This document shows positions 8,999-18,228 of a stretch of DNA of 64,000 bases, piece after piece (the first letter of the stretch is position 1; the number at the start of each line of letters is the position of its first letter). Location: the sequence record MG752970.1; one strand, 5' to 3'. The notes under the pieces are model-generated. The model had not been told where the DNA came from. It saw only the letters and a program-made list of their open reading frames with translations, and ran no database searches. A program made the position numbers and the translations under genes.

Positions 8999-9027
8999 AT
9001 TATAACACATTTTCTGAGACTTCTAAA
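8999..9027 (-). promoter_or_regulatory. Sigma70-type early promoter
   Basis: TTTAGA-17 nt-TATAAT with TG extended -10. Confidence 0.55.
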
Positions 9028-9058
9028 AACCGTTACAATTTTGTCCGGTTTTACACTA

Positions 9059-9065
9059 ATAAATA
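9059..9065 (+). promoter_or_regulatory. Late promoter box ATAAATA
   Basis: Upstream of portal gene. Confidence 0.7.
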
Positions 9066-9101
9066 GAAAGCTTAAGATCTTAGGATAGGAAATCGGGTTC
9101 A

Positions 9102-10826
9102 ATGGGAACACTCACGAATTACTACCGAATAGTCCAACCAGCGTCACCGAAACAAGCATACACTACAACAGATAATGAGCTTGTTTCACGCTATCAGAAC
9201 TATTCATGGTACAACGCTGTCGTAAAGTCAGCATCTACAAGACTCGCACGTTACAAACAATATGAGATGATGGATCGTGACGTGGATATTTCACGTGCAC
9301 TTGATACCATTTCTGAAGAAATGTCTACGGTGGATGAAAAGACGCATCTACCATTTCTCATCTCATATCAGAATGACGATAACGTAGAGGTTAACGAACG
9401 CTTGGTCATGACGATCAAGGCTGCCCTCCGTCATTGGTGTGATCTTCAGGATTTATACAATAGAATTTTCAGAACATGTCGCACCACCGCGAAGATGGGA
9501 GATTGCTTCTTTAGAAAAACAAGCGACCATCGTAAGTGGGAATATATCGATCCATCACTCATTTATGGTGTTGAGATGGATGAAAAAGGTGTGATCATTG
9601 CATATCATGTCAGAATGCTTGGTGCTTCTGGTACCGGTAATTCAACAGAACAAATGCAAATCATTCCGGCTGAAGGAATGATTCACTTTACGTTATCTGA
9701 TGACATGTCATCCATTGCTCCATTTGGTGATTCATTGCTTGAACCGGTTGTGAAGGTATTCAAGCAGATGACTCTACTTGAGGATGCAGTAGTTATCTAT
9801 CGTATCGTAAGAGCACCAGAACGTCGTGTATTTTACCTCGATGTAGGTGGAATGCCTCCTCACAAGGTTAAGGCGTATCTAGAATCGGTCAAGACTGAAA
9901 TGTATCAGAAACGTTTCGCCAATGAAATGGGTGGTGAAGCACAGGTTGACTCCGCATACAATCCTCAATCAATGACTCAAGACTTCTTCATGGCCACAAC
10001 GTCTGAAGGTCGTGGTACAAAGATTGAAACTCTACCAGCTGGTGAGCAGCTTGGTGAAATTACAGATCTTACATACTTCCAAAACCGCGTTGCACGCGGT
10101 CTCCGTGTTCCTACATCATACTTGAACTCTCAAGGCCAAGGGTCAGGTCAATACACTGATGGTAAGGTTGGTATCGCATACATTGAAGAACTTCGATTTG
10201 CAAACTTCGTTAAGCGTCTGCAAAACAAGGTTGAGAAGGTTTATGATCGCCAGTTCAAGGCGTATCTAGATGCATCTGGTATCAAGATTGATCATAATCT
10301 GTTTAAGCTGCAGTTACCAGAACCACAAAACTTTGCATTGTACCGTCAAGCAGCTATTGATGCTGAGCTCATCAATACGTTCAATACCGCTGAAAACATT
10401 CAGTATCTATCCAAGAGATACATTCTCAAGAGATTCCTTGGATTCACTGAAGATGATATTCAAACAAATGAAGCGATGCTACGTCAAGAGCGCAACATTC
10501 CAGACACGACTAACTTGGATGATCCTCCAATTACTGACATTCAACTCATGTACGATCCAGCAATTTACAGCGATCGTAAGGTGGATGTTCCGTCATTCGG
10601 TGGAGGAGGTGGCGGAGCTAGTGGATTCGGTGGAGGAGGAATGGATTTAGGTTCATCTCCATCTGACCTTGGTTTAGAAGAACCGGGTGGTGAGGGTGGT
10701 GCGGGTAAACCAGAGGGAGAAGCTCCTGAAGGTGGAGAATCACCAGAAGCTCCAACAGATACTGGTCCTGAGCTAGAAGCACCTGCAGCGCCAGAACCTG
10801 CTCCAGAAGCTCCACCACCAGTGTAA
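9102..10826 (+). CDS. gp20: Portal protein
   Basis: EDAVVIYRIVRAPERRVFYLDVGGMP, QDFFM, GTKIETLPAG, VPTSYL, EELRFANFV motifs of T4 gp20; acidic Gly/Pro tail. Confidence 0.96.
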   Translation: MGTLTNYYRIVQPASPKQAYTTTDNELVSRYQNYSWYNAVVKSASTRLARYKQYEMMDRDVDISRALDTISEEMSTVDEKTHLPFLISYQNDDNVEVNERLVMTIKAALRHWCDLQDLYNRIFRTCRTTAKMGDCFFRKTSDHRKWEYIDPSLIYGVEMDEKGVIIAYHVRMLGASGTGNSTEQMQIIPAEGMIHFTLSDDMSSIAPFGDSLLEPVVKVFKQMTLLEDAVVIYRIVRAPERRVFYLDVGGMPPHKVKAYLESVKTEMYQKRFANEMGGEAQVDSAYNPQSMTQDFFMATTSEGRGTKIETLPAGEQLGEITDLTYFQNRVARGLRVPTSYLNSQGQGSGQYTDGKVGIAYIEELRFANFVKRLQNKVEKVYDRQFKAYLDASGIKIDHNLFKLQLPEPQNFALYRQAAIDAELINTFNTAENIQYLSKRYILKRFLGFTEDDIQTNEAMLRQERNIPDTTNLDDPPITDIQLMYDPAIYSDRKVDVPSFGGGGGGASGFGGGGMDLGSSPSDLGLEEPGGEGGAGKPEGEAPEGGESPEAPTDTGPELEAPAAPEPAPEAPPPV

Positions 10827-10860
10827 GTTTCAAATTTGAAGTAATAACCCCAATCTTAGA

Positions 10861-10867
10861 ATAAATA
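10861..10867 (+). promoter_or_regulatory. Late promoter box ATAAATA
   Basis: Directly upstream of GGAG RBS of 10881 ORF. Confidence 0.65.
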
Positions 10868-10880
10868 GGAGATTAGATAA

Positions 10881-11033
10881 ATGGATAAGCAAAAACTGAA
10901 TGACTTCGTCAAGCACATGATCAATGATAACGAGGAAGGCATGCAAGCCGCTTTCCACGATTATCTGAAAGGCAAGATGCGACAGGTCCTCGATAAAGTA
11001 GAACCAAAGCAAGACAGCCCAATGGAACAATAA
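10881..11033 (+). CDS. gp67-like prohead core protein (50 aa, below ORF-track cutoff)
   Basis: MDKQKLNDFVKHMINDNEEGMQAAFHDYLKGKMRQVL...; GGAG RBS; position between portal and protease as T4 67/68. Confidence 0.7.
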   Translation: MDKQKLNDFVKHMINDNEEGMQAAFHDYLKGKMRQVLDKVEPKQDSPMEQ

Positions 11034-11072
11034 GCTGGTGGTTATGCCACCAGTTACGATAAGGAGAATTAA

Positions 11073-11705
11073 GTGATTAAGCAACAAATTCTGATTGAGG
11101 AATTGACGCCAGTTCAATCCAATATCATCACCGAATCTGTATCTGGTGGTAAGGATCTGTATCTGCAAGGTATTTTCATGCAGGCAGAGTGTGTTAATGG
11201 CAATGGACGTAACTATCCAGTTGAAGAAATTGCCGCAGCAGTAAAGTACGTTAATGAAAAGATTGCTGAAGGTGTTTCAATCTGCGGTGAACTTAATCAC
11301 CCATCAGATTTGGCGATCAACCTAGAGCGTGTATCACACGTTATCACTGAAATGCACATGGAAGGTAATGATGCTATTGGTAAGGCAAAGCTTTTGAACA
11401 CCCCAATGGGTAACATTGCTAAAGCTCTTATCGATGGTGGAGTTCGTATCGGTGTTTCTTCACGTGGTACTGGTGAAGTTAATGAGGGTGTTGTATCTGG
11501 TTTCCAATTTGTTACAGTGGATATCGTTTCAACTCCGTCTGCTCCAAATGCTTTCCCATCAGTTATTTCAGAAAGCATGCAGCGCATTCAGGACGACCGT
11601 CGTATCGTCACTCTTGCTGAACACGTTTGTAATGACAAGGATGCTCAAAAGTACCTAGCAAAGGCGCTTAAGGGTTTCATTGAACAGCTTCGCAACGGTT
11701 ACTAA
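11073..11705 (+). CDS. gp21: Prohead protease
   Basis: LQGIFMQA, NGNGRNYP, GELNHP, VSH, GVSSRGTG, DIVSTPSAPNA; GTG start with AAGGAG RBS. Confidence 0.96.
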   Translation: MIKQQILIEELTPVQSNIITESVSGGKDLYLQGIFMQAECVNGNGRNYPVEEIAAAVKYVNEKIAEGVSICGELNHPSDLAINLERVSHVITEMHMEGNDAIGKAKLLNTPMGNIAKALIDGGVRIGVSSRGTGEVNEGVVSGFQFVTVDIVSTPSAPNAFPSVISESMQRIQDDRRIVTLAEHVCNDKDAQKYLAKALKGFIEQLRNGY

Positions 11706-12019
11706 TGGATATCACGAGACTTAAGCATCTCGCAGGGGTTCCTCTTTTAGAAATAGAAGAGGAACCTTCGTCATCTCCGCTAGATACAACTTTTGCGGTA
11801 GGCCGTGGAAAGATCTGTATCATTCGAGAAAACACCAACAAGGATGTTGAACAGATGGCAAAGATGCTAAACGTGCCACCTGGTTGGGTTCTTACGAAGG
11901 TATCAGACACGTTGTGGGCAGCGTATGAAGAAGGAAGTGTTCTAGTCCTTTATGAAAGTAAAGATGATTATGACAAGGACTTCTCTGAATTTACGAAGCC
12001 AGATCAAGAGGAAGAATAA
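11705..12019 (+). CDS. Hypothetical head-associated protein
   Basis: In head operon; RLKHLAG motif resembles gp22 C-terminal RLKELGG; LLE processing-like site. Confidence 0.65.
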   Translation: MDITRLKHLAGVPLLEIEEEPSSSPLDTTFAVGRGKICIIRENTNKDVEQMAKMLNVPPGWVLTKVSDTLWAAYEEGSVLVLYESKDDYDKDFSEFTKPDQEEE

Positions 12020-12246
12020 TGCCAGCACCACTAGTCATTTCATTGGCAAAGAAAGCTCGCACTTCAGTAGATACTGTTGAAGCGTATTGGCAAGAAGCAA
12101 AAGAGCAAGCGTATCAGAAGTTTAAGGTGCGCGATGGTAAACATTATTGGGCGTACGTTAATGCAATAGTGCAACGTCGCCTAGGGTTAAGAGAGTCAGA
12201 GCAAATTACGTTTAAAGATTTCATTATCGCTGAAGGCGAAACTTGA
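12019..12246 (+). CDS. Small basic ChaB-like protein
   Basis: MPAP...LAKK...VEAYWQEAK...YWAYVNAIV; C-terminal TFKDFIIAE. Confidence 0.55.
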   Translation: MPAPLVISLAKKARTSVDTVEAYWQEAKEQAYQKFKVRDGKHYWAYVNAIVQRRLGLRESEQITFKDFIIAEGET

Positions 12247-12274
12247 AATTTTTGCGAAATTTCTCCGCACTTTG

Positions 12275-12281
12275 ATAAATA
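12275..12281 (+). promoter_or_regulatory. Late promoter box ATAAATA
   Basis: Upstream of gp22-gp23. Confidence 0.7.
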
Positions 12282-12368
12282 AAATTCATATAGCATTACA
12301 CACCGTGTATGCACAGGATAAAAGACTTTGAGAGATTCTCTTAGTCATAAGCTTAAGGAGATTTTGGA

Positions 12369-13238
12369 ATGGATGAAATTCTACAAAAGCTTTTGAGTTC
12401 TGAACTATTGAGCGAAGAAACTAGAACTGAACTAACTGAACAGTTCAATCTTGCAGTAGCAGCTCTAAAGGAAGATCTCGAAGTTACGGTTAAGGCGGAA
12501 CTTACTGAACAGTTCATCAAGGAAAAGGATGCTCTAGTAGAGTCAACTGATTCCAAGGTCGAAACTCTGATCGCTAAGGAAATCGCAGAGCTTAAGGAAG
12601 ACATCGCAGCTTTCCGCGATCTAGAAGTTGAATTCGCAGAAAAGCTTCTAGAGGAAAAGCACAAGATGGCTGATACTCTAGCTGAAGAAATTGATCAACT
12701 TGTTGACAAGCTAGATCAATTCCTAGAAATGCGTCTTTCAGAAGAAATGAGCGAACTACGTGAAGACATCGACCTAGTTAAGAAGAATGAATTTGGTCGT
12801 AAGATTTTCGAAGCATTCGCAGCAGAATTTAACGTTAGCTACGCTGATGAAAAGTCATTGACTTTCAAGCTGAAGGAAGCTCAAAAGCAAGCAGCTGACG
12901 CAGAAGCTAAGATTGCAAAGCTAGAAGAATCAGTAAAGCAGACCACTCGTAAGCAAAAGCTAGATGAGTGCCTATCTACTCTAACTGGTTTCAAGCGTGA
13001 ACAAATGGAACTCCTACTTGTAAACGTTGCAACTGAGAAGCTAGATGAAGCGTATAACCGCTATATCGGCCGTATCCTTGCAGAAGACAAGAAGGACGAC
13101 AAGAAGGTTCTTTCAGAAGGCAAGAAGGTAGTTACGGGTAAAACCACTGTTGCTACTGGCGATGTACTGAATGAAGATAAAAAAGAAGATAAGACTGGTC
13201 TTCTAGCAAGACTTAAGGAACTGGGTGGCGTCAACTAA
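12369..13238 (+). CDS. gp22: Prohead scaffolding/core protein
   Basis: Acidic coiled coil with many L/I-x-E sites, GRKIFEAF motif, between gp21 and gp23. Confidence 0.9.
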   Translation: MDEILQKLLSSELLSEETRTELTEQFNLAVAALKEDLEVTVKAELTEQFIKEKDALVESTDSKVETLIAKEIAELKEDIAAFRDLEVEFAEKLLEEKHKMADTLAEEIDQLVDKLDQFLEMRLSEEMSELREDIDLVKKNEFGRKIFEAFAAEFNVSYADEKSLTFKLKEAQKQAADAEAKIAKLEESVKQTTRKQKLDECLSTLTGFKREQMELLLVNVATEKLDEAYNRYIGRILAEDKKDDKKVLSEGKKVVTGKTTVATGDVLNEDKKEDKTGLLARLKELGGVN

Positions 13239-13285
13239 TCACGGTTGATCACACGATTTTTTACATTAATGACAAAGGAGTCACA

Positions 13286-14521
13286 ATGAATCTATTTGAA
13301 AATTGGGGTGACGCTAAGGGCGCTCTATTGGAAGGTCTAGCACCATCCAAGAAGAAGCTAGTTGACACTCTACTAGAAAACACGAAGTCACGCATGATTG
13401 CTGAAACGGCTGCTTCTGATGTTACATCACAAGGATCAGTTTCACAATTCAACCGTATTCTTCTTCCAATGATCCGCCGTGTTATCCCTGGCACTATTGC
13501 TACGGAACTCGTCGGTGTACAGCCAATGCATGGCCCAGTTGACCTAGTCTTCTCCATGCGCTATACCTACGGTCAAGATCTTCTAACCGGTGCGTCACTA
13601 ACTGACATCACCCATGGTAACGAAATCTTCGCTCCAGGTACTTCAACTTCTTCAAAGACCAAGCGCTTCTACACTGGTGGTATGACTGCCGGTACTGACG
13701 GTGTATTCTTCACTGCAGACGACGTTGCAACTGGTTTCGCTGCTGATACTGGTCTATTCGAATCATTCGGTGGACGTACAGCTAAGCTAGAAGTCTTGAA
13801 GCAAACTGTTACCGCTGGTACACGTAAGCTACAAGCTAAGATGACCCTAGAAGCTATGCAGGATCTATCATCCCAGCATGGTCTAGATCTAGAGTCCGAG
13901 CTAACTCGTATTCTTTCAACCACGATCGTTACCGAAATCGATAACGAAATTATCACTGACCTTCAGGTTCTAGCTGGTACTTCCGAATCATTCGATATGA
14001 ACGGTACTTTCACTGGTACTCCACACTACGTTGGTGATCGCCACGCTGTTCTAGGTGTTCTAATCAACAAGGTTGCTAACGAAATCGGTCGTAAGATCCG
14101 TCGTGGTAACGGTAACTTCGTTGTGGTTTCACCACTAGTTGCATCAGTTCTACAATCAGCAAGCAAGTCAGTATTCGCTCCAGCTGTTTCAGGAACTTTC
14201 GAAGGTCCAAACAACACCAAGATGATTGGTACCCTAAACGGCACCATCAAGGTTTACTCATACATCTACTTCGACCAAGGCACTGAGCCAGTCATCGTAG
14301 GTTATAAGGGTGGCGATGGTGAAACTGATACTGGTTACTTCTACTGCCCATACATTCCATTGGAATCAAGCGGTATCGTAACTGATCCAGTTACCTTCAA
14401 CAAGCACGTTTCACTGATGACTCGTTATGGTAAGGCTACATTCACCAACACGAGCACGTCGCTTGGTAACTCAGCTGACTATTATGGTAAGGTGACGGTT
14501 GCTAACCTAGCATTCGTTTAA
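13286..14521 (+). CDS. gp23: Major capsid protein
   Basis: LLENT, LPMIRRV, VGVQPMHGP, RKLQAKMTLEAMQDL...HGLD, EIDNEI, FYCPYIPL, MTRYG. Confidence 0.97.
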   Translation: MNLFENWGDAKGALLEGLAPSKKKLVDTLLENTKSRMIAETAASDVTSQGSVSQFNRILLPMIRRVIPGTIATELVGVQPMHGPVDLVFSMRYTYGQDLLTGASLTDITHGNEIFAPGTSTSSKTKRFYTGGMTAGTDGVFFTADDVATGFAADTGLFESFGGRTAKLEVLKQTVTAGTRKLQAKMTLEAMQDLSSQHGLDLESELTRILSTTIVTEIDNEIITDLQVLAGTSESFDMNGTFTGTPHYVGDRHAVLGVLINKVANEIGRKIRRGNGNFVVVSPLVASVLQSASKSVFAPAVSGTFEGPNNTKMIGTLNGTIKVYSYIYFDQGTEPVIVGYKGGDGETDTGYFYCPYIPLESSGIVTDPVTFNKHVSLMTRYGKATFTNTSTSLGNSADYYGKVTVANLAFV

Positions 14522-14545
14522 TCGAAAACCTAGTAGTAAACAAAT

Positions 14546-14579
14546 AGAAAAGAGAGACTACGGTCTCTCTTTTCTTTTA
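14546..14579 (+). terminator. Terminator after major capsid gene
   Basis: AGAAAAGAGAGAC-tacg-GTCTCTCTTTTCT plus T tract. Confidence 0.88.
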
Positions 14580-14580
14580 C

Positions 14581-14616
14581 CTTGGGAAAGATAAATAATC
14601 AAAAGAATTTCTCAAG
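14581..14616 (+). promoter_or_regulatory. Late promoter (14591-14597) inside a stem-loop abutting the HNH start
   Basis: CTTGGGAAA 14581-14589 pairs with TTTCTCAAG 14608-14616; ATAAATA in loop. Confidence 0.6.
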
Positions 14617-15249
14617 ATGATTATGAAGGCAAAAGAAAGAATCTGTAGTGATTGTGGTAAAGTAGAAATGACCGCTAGTAAATCAACCGTTTGTATTGAA
14701 TGCTACGCCACCCGTTGTAAAATTCAAAACATTATTGATGAGCAGGAATTCATATCAAATTATGGATACGAAATCTTGGAAAGATTGCCTGATACTGAAA
14801 TTGGGAATAAAAGAGCATACACTCTATTGACACCATGCGGTCATGTATGGAATTCTCGTGTTGACAATTTCAAAAAGCAAATTAAAAATTCCATGTCTAA
14901 GAATATAGCACTTCCGTGCGGAACATGCGGACCAAAACACCGTATTGCTGCATGTATGGAAGGTTACATGGAGAAACGTGGTAGAGATTATGACATAGAA
15001 GTCTGGAAGGATTATATGCTGAAGGTTCGTAAACTTTCAGATGCTACGTATCGCGAATTTAAGGAAGAGATAAATCCGAACAATCATCCGAGAGGTTTGA
15101 AGGAATGGCATCTCGATCACAAGATACCAATCATTCAATGCTTCAAGCAGGGCTGGACGCCAGAACAGGCATCAGTGAAGGAGAACTTGCAGATGTTGCA
15201 TTACATCGAAAACATTAAAAAATCAGGAAAGATTATTTCATCCGTATGA
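14617..15249 (+). CDS. HNH-family (homing-type) endonuclease with zinc fingers
   Basis: CxxC pairs; WHLDHKIPI...NLQMLHYIENIKK. Confidence 0.8.
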   Translation: MIMKAKERICSDCGKVEMTASKSTVCIECYATRCKIQNIIDEQEFISNYGYEILERLPDTEIGNKRAYTLLTPCGHVWNSRVDNFKKQIKNSMSKNIALPCGTCGPKHRIAACMEGYMEKRGRDYDIEVWKDYMLKVRKLSDATYREFKEEINPNNHPRGLKEWHLDHKIPIIQCFKQGWTPEQASVKENLQMLHYIENIKKSGKIISSV

Positions 15250-15730
15250 AAGGATTTCTGACGTAAATTTTAGATCTTTCAGCGTAGACACCTCTCATCA
15301 AATTTTCAATCATCTCGCTAGTGATCTCTCTACGACGCATCCCACTTGCTGGGAACACGTGCACTAGAATCTCCACATCATCTCCATACAGCTCCATGAT
15401 TGCGTAGACTCTGTTTCTACCTTCATGTCCTACGACTACTGGAACATCTAGTGGTCCGTCTCTATCATCGAGCATAACATCTAAGAATGGTGTTCCAATA
15501 GTTCCACCATCGATGAGGTGCTGCTTAATAGCTTCAACTGAGGTAGCATCCTCTCGTGAGAGGTGGGCGACGACCTCTAGGAACTTCTTCGCCTTCATCA
15601 CGAACTCTAGTCCAAAGTAGTTGACGTCCGCGTTGTATGGGACTGCTCCCCATCCTTTTCGGTTGTCGTAGCGCACTTGATTTAGAACGGTGACGGAGTC
15701 TTCACTTAGGAATTGTTTGAATGTTTGCAT
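15233..15730 (-). CDS. ParB/sulfiredoxin-like protein with capsid-targeting-like N-terminus
   Basis: MQTFKQFLSE; PFL...VVGHEGRNRV resembles ParB/Srx DGxHR. Confidence 0.65.
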   Translation of the reverse strand: MQTFKQFLSEDSVTVLNQVRYDNRKGWGAVPYNADVNYFGLEFVMKAKKFLEVVAHLSREDATSVEAIKQHLIDGGTIGTPFLDVMLDDRDGPLDVPVVVGHEGRNRVYAIMELYGDDVEILVHVFPASGMRRREITSEMIENLMRGVYAERSKIYVRNPFIRMK

Positions 15731-15748
15731 GTGTCTAATCCTTTGAAA

Positions 15749-15755
15749 TATTTAT
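15749..15755 (-). promoter_or_regulatory. Late promoter box ATAAATA
   Basis: Upstream of ParB-like gene. Confidence 0.65.
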
Positions 15756-15828
15756 CATCCTAAGTAAAACTTCTTCTTAGGACCTAATACACCTACAATA
15801 TCCATATCAAAACACACTTGAGAACGTC

Positions 15829-16308
15829 ATGGCTGACAATGTTGCAAATCAAGCAGTAGGTGTCGTTGATAAAGCGGTCACGAAGGCGCTTGATCCGTTG
15901 AGCGAAGCTTTGACACACATCATTGATGCTACAGTGAAGGCTGGAACTGCGGGCATCAATTTCTTGTCTGAGCAGATTCCAGATGTTATTCACCAACTTC
16001 TGGTGTGGAAGGCGATTCAATCTTTCCTTCCATTCATGCTCGGCATCGTGGCGATGATCGCCGGTTCCTACGCCATGTACTACATCATCAAGATGTATCG
16101 CAAGAACGTAGCAGCATACGAGCAGCGTCGACCGCACGGTCTTGGGTATGACGCCTTCGTTGAATGGATCTTGGGACTTTGCGCCGCAGGTGTGGTTGTC
16201 ATGGGATTCTTTGGTGCGGCTACACATATGACGTGGCTGCAGATCATCGTAGCACCGAAGATTTACCTGATTGAATACGCAGCACATCTTTACACCTCAA
16301 TGAAATAA
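15829..16308 (+). CDS. Membrane protein, FLSEQIPDV family paralogue 1
   Basis: Two hydrophobic segments; shared FLSEQIPDV and APKIYL motifs. Confidence 0.8.
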   Translation: MADNVANQAVGVVDKAVTKALDPLSEALTHIIDATVKAGTAGINFLSEQIPDVIHQLLVWKAIQSFLPFMLGIVAMIAGSYAMYYIIKMYRKNVAAYEQRRPHGLGYDAFVEWILGLCAAGVVVMGFFGAATHMTWLQIIVAPKIYLIEYAAHLYTSMK

Positions 16309-16320
16309 CTGGGTGATTGA

Positions 16321-16602
16321 ATGAATGAATTTGAAGAAGACGCAAATAAGTACACCGGCATCCTGAAAGCTCTGTCGGAGGCACCTGGCTCGCAGATTGA
16401 CTCGGCTATTACCATGAAGTTGGCGACTCTGGCCAATACTGTTGATGTGAAGGCGAGTCAGATGCATGATATTCTGGATGAGTGCGCGCATGCAAGTCTG
16501 GCATCTGACTTTGCAATGATGGCGATGGACACCATCTGGAATCAGATGTTGGCCGATGAAGGTGACACGAAGGAAGAAGCTATTCGGAGGAAGCATGGCT
16601 GA
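16321..16602 (+). CDS. Hypothetical protein
   Basis: 93 aa ORF in operon, GGGTG RBS. Confidence 0.7.
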   Translation: MNEFEEDANKYTGILKALSEAPGSQIDSAITMKLATLANTVDVKASQMHDILDECAHASLASDFAMMAMDTIWNQMLADEGDTKEEAIRRKHG

Positions 16603-17020
16603 TGCAGGCAATGTAACACAGGATGTGATGAACAAGGTTGCTACAACCTTGCCTGAAGCTCTGGCGAAGATCATCGATAAGTCGATCAACGCTATCGATG
16701 CCGGTGTCAACTTTCTGTCTGAGCAGATTCCGGACGTTATTCATCAGTTGTTGCTCTATAACCTGGTGTGGAGCTTGATGTGGTGGATCGTTGGACTAAT
16801 TGGGATGATCATTAGTATCGTCACGGTCTTTTATGTTTGCAAAAGCGAAAAATGGACCGGGGATGAAACTGGCGCTGCATGTATGGCAATGTTCTTCCTT
16901 TTTATGGTAAGCATGGTTACTTTTGCGTCTCATTGGGAGTGGTTGCAGATTTGGTTGGCTCCGAAGATTTACCTAATCGAGTACGCAACGCATCTTTACA
17001 AGTCGATGTCTTCAAAGTAA
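16595..17020 (+). CDS. Membrane protein, FLSEQIPDV family paralogue 2
   Basis: GGAGG RBS supports start 16595; same motifs. Confidence 0.8.
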   Translation: MADAGNVTQDVMNKVATTLPEALAKIIDKSINAIDAGVNFLSEQIPDVIHQLLLYNLVWSLMWWIVGLIGMIISIVTVFYVCKSEKWTGDETGAACMAMFFLFMVSMVTFASHWEWLQIWLAPKIYLIEYATHLYKSMSSK

Positions 17021-17032
17021 TAAGGGGAATAT

Positions 17033-17563
17033 ATGTCTGCGGCAACGTGGAATAACGCCAGTGACGCAAGTGCAGTGGCGACGAATGTTGTTGATAAGAT
17101 CGCGGATCCTGCGTCCAGGCTTCTGCTGACTCTCATCGAGAAAACGGGAAGTGCGATTGAGACAGGTGTCAACTTCCTGTCTGAGCAGATTCCAGATGTT
17201 CTTCGCCAGCTGCTCATGTATAACCTAATTGTTAGCGTCGCCTGGTTCACAGTGGGTGTGGCTATAGTTTGCTTTGGTCTGTGGATTATTAAATCTTCGT
17301 TCAAAGCTACGGATAAAATGCATGCTGAATATGCGAAAGCTCTGTCCGAATGGGAGGAGAAATCTAGGGATAAATTTGCTGGTAGGATGCCGGAACGTGA
17401 AGAGGAATTTCTTCTACCTATGTGCGTCTTCGCTGCTATTATTATCGTAGTTGGCATGTCCGTTATGGCTTTCCACATGGATTGGTTGAAAATCTGGATA
17501 GCACCCAAGATTTATTTGCTGGAATACGCAGCCGATTTGTATAAGAATTTTAGGGGACGATGA
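17033..17563 (+). CDS. Membrane protein, FLSEQIPDV family paralogue 3
   Basis: AAGGGG RBS; same motifs. Confidence 0.8.
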   Translation: MSAATWNNASDASAVATNVVDKIADPASRLLLTLIEKTGSAIETGVNFLSEQIPDVLRQLLMYNLIVSVAWFTVGVAIVCFGLWIIKSSFKATDKMHAEYAKALSEWEEKSRDKFAGRMPEREEEFLLPMCVFAAIIIVVGMSVMAFHMDWLKIWIAPKIYLLEYAADLYKNFRGR

Positions 17564-17770
17564 ATGCACGTGTTTATCGGCGTTCTCGCATATTTGTGCG
17601 TAACTAGTTTTGTTGGAAGCATTGCTACCATGATTTTAAAGGGTATCAATGCTATGCCTACCTGGGATTGGCCAATTCTTGCAATCTGGATGTTGTCCTC
17701 TCTGTTGGTGTTTTTAGCATGTGTGATTGCATGGATATCATCCCAGTTTTCAGGTTTCTTTGATAGGTAA
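17564..17770 (+). CDS. Small membrane protein
   Basis: Two hydrophobic helices, coupled to neighbours. Confidence 0.65.
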   Translation: MHVFIGVLAYLCVTSFVGSIATMILKGINAMPTWDWPILAIWMLSSLLVFLACVIAWISSQFSGFFDR

Positions 17771-18228
17771 TGTCTGATAATATACTAAAGCGAATTGCTT
17801 TTCGAGCTCGCTTGAATGATAAGTACCCTATTGGTACTGGCAATTTTAAGGAAGGAAACATCCTTATCATTGCTGAGGAACACAACCATCCCGATATCTA
17901 CACAATGAATCGTCCTTTCAACTCGACGAAGCATTGTTCAGGATGGCTGAACAAAAGGTTGGATGAAGAGAACATCGATGAGCATCACCTGTTTTGGGTA
18001 AACTCTAGAATGGGTGGTGGTAACGAAATTGATCTTCGGGATTTAGTTGATAAGTTGAAGCCAAGTTTGATTGTAACTCTTGGGGGAATCGCATCAAACC
18101 ATTGCAAGAAGCTTGGTTTGCAGCATACGAAGGTTTATCATCCTCAGTATTGGAAGAGATTCCGTAGTAAAGAGCGTTACCCATTGTTCGACATTTTGAA
18201 GGAACATATCAATGTTCGGTTTCAATAG
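17770..18228 (+). CDS. Uracil-DNA glycosylase-like protein
   Basis: LIIAEE, LFWVNS, KPSLIVTLGGIA, VYHPQY match UDG-superfamily layout. Confidence 0.65.
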   Translation: MSDNILKRIAFRARLNDKYPIGTGNFKEGNILIIAEEHNHPDIYTMNRPFNSTKHCSGWLNKRLDEENIDEHHLFWVNSRMGGGNEIDLRDLVDKLKPSLIVTLGGIASNHCKKLGLQHTKVYHPQYWKRFRSKERYPLFDILKEHINVRFQ

